From Sphyrna mokarran (taxonomy: Eukaryota): a stretch of DNA of 64,000 bases. A model generated the notes under the pieces. That model did no database searches, was not told where the DNA came from, and was given only the letters and a program-made list of their open reading frames with translations. Of this stretch, positions 1 to 11,582 are shown piece by piece. Made by a program: the position numbers and the translations under genes. Within the stretch, counting starts at the first letter, position 1. The number at the start of each line of letters is the position of its first letter. The DNA is taken from contig JAGIQG010000006.1 in the NCBI GenBank assembly GCA_024679065.1, positions 130,014,001 through 130,078,000 of the forward strand, in the 5' to 3' direction.

Positions 1-84
1 ATACTTTTCATCTTAGTTTATTCCCCTAAAACATTGAGTTCAAAAACAACCAGTTCAAGTTTTAAAGCTTGTTTCTATCATGTG

Positions 85-192
85 ATTTTTAAAAATTCAT
101 TCATAGGACTTGGGTATCACTGGCTAGCTCAGCATTTATTGCCCATCCCTAGTTGTCCTTGAGAAGGTGGTGGTGAACTGCCTCCTTGAATT
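85..192 (-). mobile_element. 3' end of an abundant retroposon (LINE/SINE tail family)
   Basis: AGCATTTATTGCCCATCCCTAGTTGTCCTTGAGAAGGTGGTGGTGAACTGCC; similar sequence recurs near 12530-12620 and 30750-30810, and on the opposite strand near 39960-40070 and 57300-57400. Confidence 0.6.
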
Positions 193-627
193 TCCAGTAA
201 ATCTTTCCCTTTTTCCAGTTTTCTTCCCATCGACATGATTGCAATGCATAAATCTTTTTTTCCCCATCAAGTACCATGCTGGTCAGGTGACTTCTTGGAA
301 AATGCATGTTTCTCCCAGTCCAAAAGTAAATTTATGACCTTTGTTTAAAAATGTCTTGGAAGTGTCCAAATATTGCAATGCCTTCCAAATTTAAAAAAAA
401 AAATTCCAGTTTGTGAAGAAATAGTAAAAGAGACAATGGATGAATCCTTAAAAGTCAACGCAGTTGCTACTTTTCGTAGCAGATTGTTATGTAACTCGGC
501 AAAAAAAAATGTGATTGCACACCACTGCACAGGCATCAATGATTTTCAATGTCTAGTCCCATCTTTTGAGGAGGAAACAGTGAAATCCAGAGGCAACTAA
601 TGCCTTGCTTTCAAGAAAGCAGGCAGT

Positions 628-790
628 TACATTACATAGAACATAGAACATTACAGTGCAGAACAGGCCCTTCTGCCCTCGATGTTGCGCCGACCAATTA
701 AGAAAAAGCAATGACCCTCTAACCTAAACCATTCCCTTTTCATCCATATTTATCCATATTTATCCATATTTATCCATATTTATATTTATC
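628..790 (-). mobile_element. CR1 LINE 3' end with local tandem expansion
   Basis: Reverse complement of the CR1 3' end at 51290-51388, with (ATAGAAC)n tail; ends in about 4 copies of ATCCATATTT. Confidence 0.8.
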
Positions 791-1010
791 ACAACATTGG
801 ATAGTTGTGATAAATATAGCTAGTATATTATACAAAATTGACCCTGTTGGAGAACACTTGCAGCAGACTGAGTTAATAAATTTCAAATCAAATGAAGACT
901 TTTCTGTAACTCAACCAAGTTTTTCACCCTGGAGTATAGGGTTTATACGAGCTTTGAGATACTTAGCCCACAGCATATGTTGCGGTTACTGTTAGAAGAG
1001 GAAACTAAGA

Positions 1011-1020
1011 ATATATATAT

Positions 1021-1064
<44 letters not shown>

Positions 1065-1065
1065 C
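1011..1065. repeat. Compound (TA)n-(TG)n-(CG)n microsatellite
   Basis: Directly visible alternating purine-pyrimidine tract. Confidence 0.95.
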
Positions 1066-1995
1066 CGTTATTCCTGGATTTTATGAACACGTTGAATCTT
1101 GAATCACAAGGACTTCCATATCAGTTGGAGCTTTGAAGGCTGCCTCGGTGTTAACTTGTTATATAGAAGTCTGTTTCATCAGAAGGTGGGTCCCTTGGTA
1201 CACACTTCTACAAAACCTGGTGGTCTACTGTTGGTGGAACTGCAAACTTTGCAAAATATAACTGGGAAGAAAATTAAAAACAAATTAGGATGAGAATCTT
1301 CAATCTGAAACCCAAGTCTTACAGATTGAAAGATCAGTTCCTGTTGGTTGCATGAATTAAGTCTCTGGTACTAGAGATCCGACCTAATCTTGTTTGTTCT
1401 TTCTGAACAAGTTTTCACTAGCCAGTCAAGCAGTGAGTTGAGTATTACCTTGCAGTTCAATCATTCCTGCTGTTTCAGCTTCACAAACTGTGGTGGCTAA
1501 TAGTTTCCGTGGTGATAATGGGAGAAAATTAAAAATCAAATAAATAACAAACAACTTTCAGAAACCTTTCAATAGCAGCTGAAACTTCATTTGGTTGTGA
1601 ATGATTTGCACAATTAGTTTGAGCCTGAAAGATTAATGGTGAAAATAGAAGAATGGAATAGTTTCAGTGAGTCCTGATAAGCAAAGTTTTTAGAAAAGTA
1701 AACAAGTCCCTGCTTAAGGAAGCCTTTGTTATTTGTTTCACTTTTCTTGAGGACCCACAGTTTTATTCTGTGCACTTATCAAGCAGCAGTAGTGTTGATC
1801 AGCATGTGAACCTGAATGTTGTTCCATGTTGCTTATGCCAAGAAAATTCAGTGACTCCCAATAAATATTGCATTCTTCATCAAGCTCTGTATTGGTTAGA
1901 CATGCTGATAGTTGCTCAGACCTCTGTTAATTTTACCTTCAATTATTTAATCCAGTGTGCACGTCACTATTGTTTCTTATCTGTGTCGTGCTTTT

Positions 1996-2208
1996 TCAAT
2001 AAGAGGTCTGACAACACCAATTTTAAATCCAACCGATTGATAGTAAACTTGCTAGCTTTCGGCCTTTGTGCCTTGTGATTTGCCTGACGAAGGCACAAAG
2101 GCCGAAAGCTAGCAAGTTTACTATCAATCGGTTGGATTTAAAATTGGTGTTGTCAGACCTCTTACTGAGTTTACCCCAGTCCAACACCGGCATCTCTACG
2201 TCATGACT
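1996..2208 (+). mobile_element. Fold-back element derived from a Penelope-like terminal repeat (family A, copy 1)
   Basis: Perfect 75-bp inverted arms 2000-2074 and 2090-2164 around a 15-nt spacer, plus a one-sided tail CCCCAGTCCAACACCGGCATCTC. Homologous to 10293-10497, 22606-22746 and 41441-41645. Confidence 0.8.
2075..2121 (+). ncRNA. Minimal type I hammerhead ribozyme motif
   Basis: Stem I GUGAUUUGC / GCAAGUUUAC; core CUGACGA (2084-2090) plus extra A; stem II GGC-ACAAAG-GCC; GAA; self-complementary AGCU in place of helix III; predicted cleavage after A2111. Confidence 0.7.
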
Positions 2209-3358
2209 ACTATCAGTGCTGTCTGCATTAAACTTCATCTTGTATTGTCTATTCATCTGCAGTTCTTACCAACCGTTTTGTAATTTCTGAGCTGCCTCTT
2301 CCAAGTCAACTTTCCTTGCTTGCCTGGTACCATTTACAATTCTGACCACCTTGCTTTGAGCTTTTGTACCATGACTATTGATTTTTAACTTGAAATTGTA
2401 GTGATCCAAGTGCTAAACCCTGAGGCATCCCAACCTTTCTGACATAATTCCTTTAGGAACATATGCTGTTTCTTATTTATTCCTAGATTTTATTCTGAAT
2501 CCTCAATTTTGAATTTAATTAATAGTCTTTTTGTAAAGTTTTGTCAAAAGTCTTTTAGAAGGCATTGTTTTTTGGACACCCAGTTCAGTTTCAGCAGAGT
2601 ATTTAATTTGCAAATAATCACCCAGGTCAATTGAAAGTGATCTTTCATTGACGTACAACAGAATTCTTTAATAATCAGATCAGGGAAGATAATAACTTTT
2701 ATATAACAATACTTGTGTGTAGCAGGAATTATTTCATTGATATTGAGTAAACAATTTTAATATTGTATCTGCAGCCAATAGATAGTGAAGAAATAGAGAG
2801 CATAAAGTGATAACTTTGAGGTGTGACAGTAATGTGTGGATGACTGATATTTTTCTGCACGCCTCCTCTGTGTCTCATCTCTGCTCAACACCTTCTCGTA
2901 AAGGACAATTGGGACTGGAAGATTGAACTCATGTTTCACACTGTGGCAGTCTTGCAGGTTGAGGCTGCAATATGTTACAACACATTTGATTAGATGTAAC
3001 TTGTATATAATGTGGAGTAAAGGAGCTTGTTTAAAAGTTTGCATTAATTATGCTTATCACATAAATTGTGTAGCCTGTAAAGCCAAAACAAATGTCATTT
3101 GCGGAAATAATCCAGCCAAATAAACTGTTGTTACTCCATTCATGTGTAGAACAGCAAGCCTTGTATTCAAAACTAGTTTGTCACCTGCTATGGAGAGGCA
3201 TTTTACTAACAAGCAACACATTAACCTCTGCTTGCTTCATTTATGTTTTTATTTAAGTTGTATTTCTCTAACAAGCTGACTCTAACTCTGTGCTCTGCCA
3301 TAAGTTATGAAATTCTTGTGTCTATTGATTGTTTTTGTCCTGGTTATGACAATAACAG

Positions 3359-3492
3359 ATATTGGAGGATGAGCTGAAAGAAACCAGGAATCAGGTGGAA
3401 GGCATGCACAACAAATGTAATGAATTGTCATCCCACCTTGTACATCAGCAGGCAGATCTGACACGAAAGGATGTTGAAGTGACTAAATTCAG
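3359..3492 (+). CDS. CNTLN: Centlein internal coding exon (first in window)
   Basis: Acceptor AATAACAG ends at 3358. Translates ILEDELKETRNQVEGMHNKCNELSSHLVHQQADLTRKDVEVTKF(R), resembling recalled human centlein TFEDNLIEARKEVEVSQSKYNALSLQLSNKQTELIQKDMDITLVR. 134 nt, ends in phase 2 at CAG|GCAAGT, matching the start phase of the next exon. Confidence 0.85.
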
Positions 3493-3544
3493 GCAAGTAC
3501 TTCATACAGAACCCAGAATCGAGTTTGTTCATTGTTGAAAAACA

Positions 3545-3722
3545 GAATACTATGATATCTGAAATACAATGGAAAGTGCTGAAAATACACAACTAGTCTG
3601 ACAACATTTGGAGAGTGAAAGAGTTAACATTTCAGGTTGTTGCACTGTTTTGATGAAAGATATTGACCAATATTGTTAACCTTATTTATCTCCCCATGGA
3701 TGTTAAAATGTTTTCTGATTTG
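3545..3722. mobile_element. Degraded Penelope terminal-repeat fold-back (family B)
   Basis: AGTGCTGAAAATACACAAC...GAGTTAACATTTCAGGT...TGATGAAAG...GTTAACC resembles 11405-11582. Confidence 0.45.
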
Positions 3723-4734
3723 TTCAGTGTTGACTTGGTAACTTCTGCATGCCTGTTAAGATTTTAGTTTATTCAGATAGATTTATGCTGAGTTTAACAT
3801 CTCTTCACAATAATGAAAAAACATAACATAATATGTTTTCATTGTATGTTGTAAATAATTGCTTTGACAATAGAAGGCATTGGTAACTGTTCAGAAATTT
3901 TAGTTGCTGAGTGTTCAGGACCTATACAATTTTCAGATTGACTTAACATTTTAATCACTGTTGAGTTTCACAGAGCAATGGGAACACACAAAGACCTAGG
4001 TTAAAGGTTCAACATGTTCAGATTTGAGCTTTATGTGACAGCATGTAAATCTTCCCTGCGTTAAAGCCATAGGATTAATGCTGCATATTTGAAAAGCTGC
4101 TGAGAAATGGGAAACACGAAAGGGAAAGCTGTAATAACTTGGCTATTTCATTCATTACAGTATGGTCAGATCAGGGGCATTAATTTGTATACAAAAAAGC
4201 TAGCACTTCCTGAGCAGTAGCATTATGTAAATGAATTAAACCTGCAGTCAGATGTGATGAAACTGTCTTGAATAAAATCTATCTATAGACCTTTATCACA
4301 AACATTTTATCCTCCAAATATGACAACCAAAACATTTTTATTGCGTACCTTCTTTTTAAGAAGGTAATAACTGAATATTGCAAAATGCAATGAGAATGAT
4401 GCAGAGATAAATGAGAACATGTATCCATTTGCAGCCGAAGCATATGGGTAATTAAAATTCTCCTTAGAAATGGTGCAGAGCATCACTCCACTCATTGAAG
4501 CTTGATATGGAAATTACTATTGCCATCCTTTTAATGGGGGAGCCATTCCAGGCATTGAAATGCACATGAAACTCACTGGTTGATATTGAAAGCCCTTAAA
4601 ACTCTCTTCCCAGCACTTCACCCCCCCACAAAATTGCGAGTAATGCTAACTTTGGTTAGGGGGTGCGCTCATAGCTTGCTGTAGTGATCTGTGTTAAATC
4701 ATTGAGACATGTTCATAATTTCATTTTAATGATG

Positions 4735-5510
4735 CCTCCAAAGTCAGCATGGTTTTATGAAAGGAAAATCAAATTTGGCAGGTTTATTAGTCTTTTGAGG
4801 ATATAAGTAATCGGGTTGATAAAAAGAAACCTGTAAATGTAGTATATTTGGATTTCCAAAGGCACTCAGTAAGGTGCTACAAAAAAGGTAACATAAAGGC
4901 TCATGGAGTCAGGGATAACTTATTGATGGATATAGGATTGGCTAATAGGCAGGAAATAGAGAGCAGGGTTAAACAGGGCAGTTTCAAGTTGGCACTGTGT
5001 GGCTAGTGAAGTGCTCCTAGTTCCAGGAGCCTCAGCTGTTTATGACTTAGATGAAGAGGTGTGATCTAAGTTTGCTGACGATACAAAATTATGTGGGAAT
5101 GCAAGCTGTGAGGGGGACAGAGACTGCAAAGAAATCTAGACAGGTTAAGTGAATGAGCAACAGCGTGGCAGATTGAATATCATATAGGGAAGTGTGAAAT
5201 TTATTCCATTTGGCAATAAGATTAGAAAAGCAGAATAGTTTTTAAAATGCTAATGTCCACAAATATTTAGTGCCCTTCTACCAAATTAGGAAGACAAATG
5301 GCATGTTGGCCTGTATTGAAAGGGACTGAAATGAAAGAATGAGAAACGCTTGTACATTTGTTGTAGGGTTTTGGTGAGACCACATCTGGAATACAGTTTT
5401 GGCCTTCATATCTAAAGAAGGATCCAGAGGCAGTACAGCAAAGATTCAATAGATTGGCTGTGGGGTGAGAGGATTGTCCTATGGACAAGAGGTTGTGTAA
5501 ATTACCTTAT
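4735..5510 (+). mobile_element. Degraded CR1 LINE RT fragment
   Basis: TATTTGGATTTCCAAAGGCA (YLDFQKA) and AAGTTTGCTGACGATACAAAA (KFADDTK), with many stops and frameshifts. Confidence 0.85.
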
Positions 5511-5675
5511 AGAACATAGAACAATACAGCACAGAACAGGCCCTTCAGCCTTCGATGTTGTGCCGACCAAAATAAAAAGCAATGCCCCTCCAAACTAAAC
5601 CATTCCCTTCTCTTCCATATACTTATCAATTAACCTCTTAAACGCCACCAAACTTGGCGCATCTACAACAGATAC
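5511..5675 (-). mobile_element. CR1 3' end inserted antisense into the older CR1
   Basis: AGAACATAGAACAATACAGCACAGAACAGGCCCTTC tail; the host CR1 resumes near 5680 (TACTCTCTTGAATTTGG). Confidence 0.75.
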
Positions 5676-5969
5676 TTTGATACTCTCTTGAATTTGGATG
5701 AATGTGATGTTATCGCATTAAAACATATGGATGTCTTTTTGCTTAATTGCTGATGCCCCTGCCTCTGAAGCAGAAGTTTGGGGTTCCAGTCCATGGAAAG
5801 TTCATGATGTTCAACAGTTGATAATCAGCCTAATAGTCCTTCCCAATATGCCCCACTCTTCCCCAAAGGGAGAAAAAAGTGTTTGAAGATATGAAACAAA
5901 TGGTTAAAATATACAAGATTCTGAAGGGGCTTAATAGAGTAGGCACAAAAATTTTTTCTCTGGTTGGAA

Positions 5970-7385
5970 AATCATAGAATTGTTACAGCACAGAGGAAGG
6001 CCATTCAACCCATATGTTAATGCTAGCTTATCTAAGGAGCAATTCACATGTGGCCACTACTCTGTTCTTTCTCTTTTTACAGGTGTTTAGAAAATATAAA
6101 AATGTTTATGGCACAGAAGGAGGCTATTCTGTCCAGCCAAAAAAAAAAACAGCCTCCTATTCTAATCCCATTTTCCATCAATTGTTCCATAGCCCTGGAG
6201 GTTATAGGACTTCAAGAACATCTCCAGACATCTTTTAAATGAGTTGAGTTTCTCTTTCTCCTGTTCTTTTACACAGTGAGTTCCAGTCCATTATGAAGAA
6301 CTGGGTGAAAACAATTTTCCTCCTTTCCTCTCTAATTCTAATACCAATGACTTGAAATTGATTCCCCCCCCTGTCACTGACCACTCTGCCAAGGTCTATA
6401 GGCCCTTTCTGGCCCCTATATCCAGATCCCACTCACAACCTTATATATGTCAATAAATCCCCCTGTAATCTCTTCTGTTCCAAGGAAAACAACCCCAGCC
6501 TATTCTGTCTTATATCTGCATTTTTATAGTCTTGGTAACAGCCTCATAAATATCTTCTGCCATCCACTCTTGCACAATTACACCTTTTCTGTAATGAGTG
6601 ACCAGAACTGCACAGAGTACACAAGTTGCAGCCTAACTAGTGTTTTGACTAATTCGAGCTCTTAAATTCTATGCCTTAGCTAATAAATGAAATAATTCAT
6701 ATGCGTTCCTGGTTGCTTCAATGGCCTGACCAACTACATTCAGAGATCTGTGGACATACACCCTATTGCTCCTCACATCCTCTGCACCGGAACCCCACTG
6801 AAAATAGCCTTCCAGTCATAAAAACACCCATCAGCTATTACCCTTTGTTTCCTGCCATTGAGTCAATTTTACACCTGGCTTGCTATATTCTTCTGGATCC
6901 CCATAGATTTTTTTTTAATCAGTCTGCATGTGGGAACTTGTCAATAGTCTTGCTAAATGACCATATAGACTGCACTAGCTTCATCAATCCATCTTGTTAC
7001 CTCCTCAAAAAAATTCAATCAAACTGGCCTGACACAGGTTCCCTATAACAAATCTGTGCTGACTGTCCTTGGTTAATCCATGCCTTTCTAAGTGACAGTT
7101 TATCCTTTACCTCAGAATTGATTCCAGTAATTTGCCATGTACTGAGGTTAGGCTGGCCTGTAATTATTTGGTCTATTCTCTGCTCTGTTTTTAAACAAAG
7201 GTGTAACATTAGTAGTCCTTTCAGTATTCTGGCACCGCACCTTCATCCAATGAGCATTGGGAAGTGATGGTCAGAGCATCTGCTATTTCCTCCCTAGCTT
7301 CTTTGAACAGCTGAGATACATTTCATTTCATCCAGGTCTGGTGATTTATCCCTTTTTAAGGATGTTAATCCCCTTAATATTTCTG
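5970..7385 (-). mobile_element. Old CR1 fragments (minus strand)
   Basis: GACCAGAACTGCACAGAGTACAC (reverse of YCVQFW) and TAGGCTGGCCTGTAATT (reverse of NYRPVSL-like). Confidence 0.7.
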
Positions 7386-7414
7386 TTGACTTGATGTTTG
7401 TTGCATTCAGTATT

Positions 7415-7722
7415 TCACAGTCCAGTCTGGAACATGGGCACAGTCTTCAGGATTAAGGGTCGATTGTTTAAAACTGAAATGAGGCAAAATTACATTATTT
7501 TGACGGTTATGAATAACTGGGATTCGTTACCGCAGAGGGAGGTGGATGCTACATTGTTGAACGTACTTAAGGCTGGCAGACAGATTTTCGATCTCTCCAG
7601 AAACCGAGGCATATTGGAGCAGGCAGGAAAGTGGAGTTTGAGTCAAACATAATCGTCTTAACTGGTAGGGCAGGCTTGGTGCGACATGTGTTCTGCTCCT
7701 CCTTTTTCTTAAATTTCTATGT
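7415..7722 (+). mobile_element. CR1 3' end
   Basis: GGGCACAGTCTTCAGGATTAAGGGTCGATTGTTTAAAACTGAAATGAGG, followed by a CR1-type 3' UTR ending TTTCTATGTTTC. Confidence 0.7.
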
Positions 7723-8794
7723 TTCAAAGTTCATCATTTTTCTAATTGTGTGTTGAAATTGGGCAAACAGATTTCAAACTTCTTAGCACAGTATAGGATA
7801 ATATATTTACTTCTCTGTCACTGAGCTTCCGTTTTATAGTTTATTGAATCTGTTCATGCCAACAAATAAGCCATTTGCATTGAATCACTTCTTGCAAGTC
7901 TAAACGACCAAGGCTGCCTTTTAATACAGAGGAAGTTGTGAGTTAGTCAGTGGGATGTAAGAGGACTACAGCTTTTCTTTGGTCATCTGGCTGGTATTTA
8001 CTTGGGACAGGCAAAAATGCTGAAACTGATTTATTCTCTCGTCATGGGAGAAGTGTATTGGCTGTTCATTGTTTCTCAAAACTGAAGTGAATTTAAGTAG
8101 AGCAATTGTGCTGGAAATCAGTGCCATAGTGATGAGAAATTTCAGTCTCTTTCAAAACTGTCTGTATGTTTCTGTATCTTAATGTGCTTGAGACAGATGG
8201 AATAAATTGGACCAAGTGAACGTTTTCCTGTTCCAGGAACGTGTTGCATTTCCAAATTATTTTCAATATTAAAGATCAGACTTCAGAAATAATTTCCAGT
8301 ATATATTGCTTGGTAAGAAATGTGATGTTATGCCATAAGCTTTTACAACACTGTAAGCATACAAATAATAAGCTTTTTGTAGAAAGATAGTGATCCAGCT
8401 AGTTGGCAGTTTACCTATTCAACATCTGTTTTCACTTGACCATGACAATGTTTTACTGGACCTGATCCAGGGAATCCTGTGTAAGTGGGATAAGAATTCT
8501 GGAAGTATGTTTCCTTCAAATAAAAACTGTGTCATAGTTGAAGACTGTTAATTTTGATGGTCTGGTTGAAATGCAGTTGTCTCATTTATCATATTGTTCC
8601 ATATAAACAAGAAGAGTATACAGGGACTTAATTGATACATTTCCCGCAAAAAGAAAATGTTCTTATTAACCATATCTTCACTAACTGTCATTTACTGTCA
8701 ATCCTAAGAAAATTGGGCACTGGTTGCTTTACATAAAGCGCATGAACATACTTATTTCCTGGTATCTAAGCCAGATTATTTGCCTCAACCAAAA

Positions 8795-8976
8795 TTGCTA
8801 AAAGCAGATTGTCTGGTCGTTATTTTAATTGCTGTTTGTGGGATCTTACTGTGCACAACTGGGCTGCCAAGTCTCTACATTACAGCAGTGACTACACTTT
8901 AATAACTACTTAATTGGCTGTTGGACACCTTTAAACATCACACGGTTGTGAAAGATACTATACAAATGCACAGTCC
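8795..8976 (+). mobile_element. DeuSINE-like (SacSINE1/AmnSINE-related) 3' part
   Basis: ATTGCTGTTTGTGGGATCTTACTGTGCAC...ATTACAGCAGTGACTACACTT...GTGAAAGATACTATACAAATGCA; reverse-complement homolog at 33045-33450. Confidence 0.65.
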
Positions 8977-10292
8977 TCCCCTCCTCTAAAGAGAATGATG
9001 ATTTATCTGGTAAGGACCCATCAGCGCAAATAAAGGATGTTTTTCTAATATATAAATTTACAACATATACACACTGAGGAATATTTGAGAAAATCTATAC
9101 ATGTGTGTATAAAAATATGGAGATCACTGAGGGTTTGAATGTGGAATGTGAAAAAGATACATATGGTTGCAACAGAATGTAAAACTTTAATTATGCTGCC
9201 ATCTACAGAAACCATATACTGTAATCTCCAAGCTTATGAATGATGTACGTTTAGTCACCTGTAAGTGGGAGAATTTTACATGGTTCATGCACCATGTAGA
9301 ATATGACAGAGGCTGTGAAATCTTGCAGATGATGAGGCAATTTTTTAATTGGACTTTGTTTAAAAACGCCAGTATTTTGTATTCCTGCTTTATTTCAGCA
9401 AGAATATGGTATTTACAAAAGCAGAAAAAATTGATGGATTTTTGATAGTCAATTATAAAATCATCTTTGCATTAAATAGTAGTTTTCTTTTTCTCCACGT
9501 GGAGCAAGGATGCTGATGTTTAAATGCAAATACTTGAATGTTTATTTATTTGACTCTGCTGTTGTATTTGTCTGGGGGTGGTGGAGAAAATTCTGTTTCC
9601 ATTTAGGAGCTTGCAAAGAAAAGGATGCATATGTTTTACTGCAAATTGCAATTGATTTTGTGATGTGTTGCATTATGCAAGCAGTAATAATATTTATCAA
9701 ATGAACAATCTTAACTCATCCCTTTATTCTGCTAAAACATGTACTCATAGTTTATCATATCCATGTTTTTTGAGCACAAGATGAAAATCAAAGAAAATAA
9801 AAATTGGAAATTGTATTTTTTAGAATAGAGTGTTTTTTCCAATGACATTTCTTTTCGTTTGAGGCATGTATTGTTTTTGATGGTTACTGAAGTGATCTTG
9901 TAGTCTGGAGGTACAAATGGTTTGCATTTTGTTGAAATGTGTCAAATTCAACAAAGCAATAGGATTCATGTGACACATTTGTTACATAAGTTAATGAAAG
10001 TTACAAATATATTTTAAAATAAACACATCTTCCACAACATTGCTGCAAGTCAGCAATCAGGGAATTCCTTGTTCTGCAATAAAATTATTTGTAAAGGCAT
10101 TTGAAAAATAATGACGACCTTCTGGTCTACACAGCCCATCCCATACAATTGAGATACCTTGTGAGTCACAGCATGAATGCTTTAACCCACCCAGAACCCT
10201 CCACTTCAGGCAGGGAAAATCCCAAGGCAAAGCCAGGAAAGAAATCTGCAAAATTTCCTTCTGAGCTTCTGGCAGTCGGAGATAGACATAAT

Positions 10293-10497
10293 ATAGAGAT
10301 GCCGGTGTTGGACTGGGGTAAACTCAGTAAGAGGTCTGACAACACCAATTTTAAATCAAACCGATTTATTTGATAGTAAACTTGCTAGCTTTCGGCCTTT
10401 GTAGCCTTCGAAGGCTACAAAGGCCGAAAGCTAGCAAGTTTACTATCAAATAAATCAATTGGATTTAAAATTGGTGTTGTCAGACCTCTTACTGAGT
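10293..10497 (-). mobile_element. Fold-back Penelope terminal-repeat element (family A, copy 2; spacerless palindrome)
   Basis: 176-bp palindrome 10322-10497 centred on CCTTC|GAAGG with 3 mismatched pairs; tail AGAGATGCCGGTGTTGGACTGGGG on the left; near-identical to copy 1. Confidence 0.8.
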
Positions 10498-11041
10498 CGA
10501 CGATAGTCCAGGTGACCACTTTTGCCCTGAATTCTTCAAGTGTCCACCTTTTCGTTGGAAGGATTACCAGCCAATCCAGAACCAGGTCCAGTTCCAATTT
10601 GAAAGAATTCAAAAAAATCTATATCAATTGGCAGCCTGTTCCACTGACCCCACTGTTTTCTAGACAAGGAGGAACTATCCAATATCCAACCTAGTCCTCT
10701 CCCTATTTAATGCATAAATTTAACCCCTGGTCTTCACAATCTGTTCAAATGGAACAAGTTGTCAACTTGGGATTTATTCCCATCACTTTATATACCTCAA
10801 TTAGTTTATTCTCAAGTGTAAGCCTCCCTAAAATGTAGAGTCCCAATTCTTTGAGCCTGTCTTAATAATTACGATGCTTTATTGGAATTGGACCAGTGGT
10901 TCATCTTTTCTAAAGTCTCATTGTCATCCAGTTTTTGATGAGACAAGAACTGACCACACTGGCCTTTAATTTTATATTTATTTGATTCATTTGGCTTGAG
11001 ATTTTGTGTACTATTATTAAAGCCAACAATGCAAAACATTG

Positions 11042-11385
11042 AGGCAGTGGCTTTGTGGTAATGTCACTGGACTTGTAATCCAGAAGCCCAGATAAATGTT
11101 CTGAGGATATGGATCCAAATCCTTCCACAGCAACTGGTGGAATTTAAATTCAGCTAACAAAATGTAGAATTAAAAGCTAGTCTCTCTAATAATGACCATG
11201 AAATTATTGTTGATTGTCATAAAAACACACCTGTTCACTAAGATTCTTTAGAAAAGGAAATCTGCCATCCTTACCAGGTCTGGTCTATATGTGACTCCAG
11301 ACTCTCAATAATGTGGTGAACTGTTAACTGCTACTCAGTCCATAGGCAATTAGGGATAGCCAATTTGCCTTGCCATCCCATGCAA
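11042..11385 (+). mobile_element. tRNA-headed SINE
   Basis: GGCAGTGGCTTTGTGGTAATGTCACTGGACTTGTAATCCAGA head; related copies near 44975-45240 (+), 30900-31120 (-) and 12700-12890 (-). Confidence 0.6.
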
Positions 11386-11404
11386 GAGGCCACAACAATA
11401 GCAG

Positions 11405-11582
11405 CAGCAAAACAAGATGCTGGAAAGTCTCAGTGGATCTGACTGCATCTGTAGAGAGAGAACAGAGCCAACATTTCAGGTCTGGATGACCCTTCATCAG
11501 AGCCAACATCAAACCTGCTGAGATTTTCCAGCATTTTGTGTTTTTGTTTCAGATTCTAGTATCTGCAGCATTTTACTTTTAT
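11405..11582. mobile_element. Penelope terminal-repeat fold-back (family B) with decayed hammerhead core on the minus strand
   Basis: Inverted arms ATGCTGGAAAGTCTCAG / CTGAGATTTTCCAGCAT; the minus strand reads CUGAUGA-A-GGGUC-AUCCA-GACCU-GAAAUGUU (11500 to 11470). Confidence 0.7.

Noticed and set aside
1770-2256. Overlapping opposite-strand ORFs sharing the peptide KRSDNTNFKSNRLIVNLLAFGLCA (similar peptide at 10101-10373)
   Set aside because: An artefact of translating the two arms of the DNA palindrome; no coding evidence.
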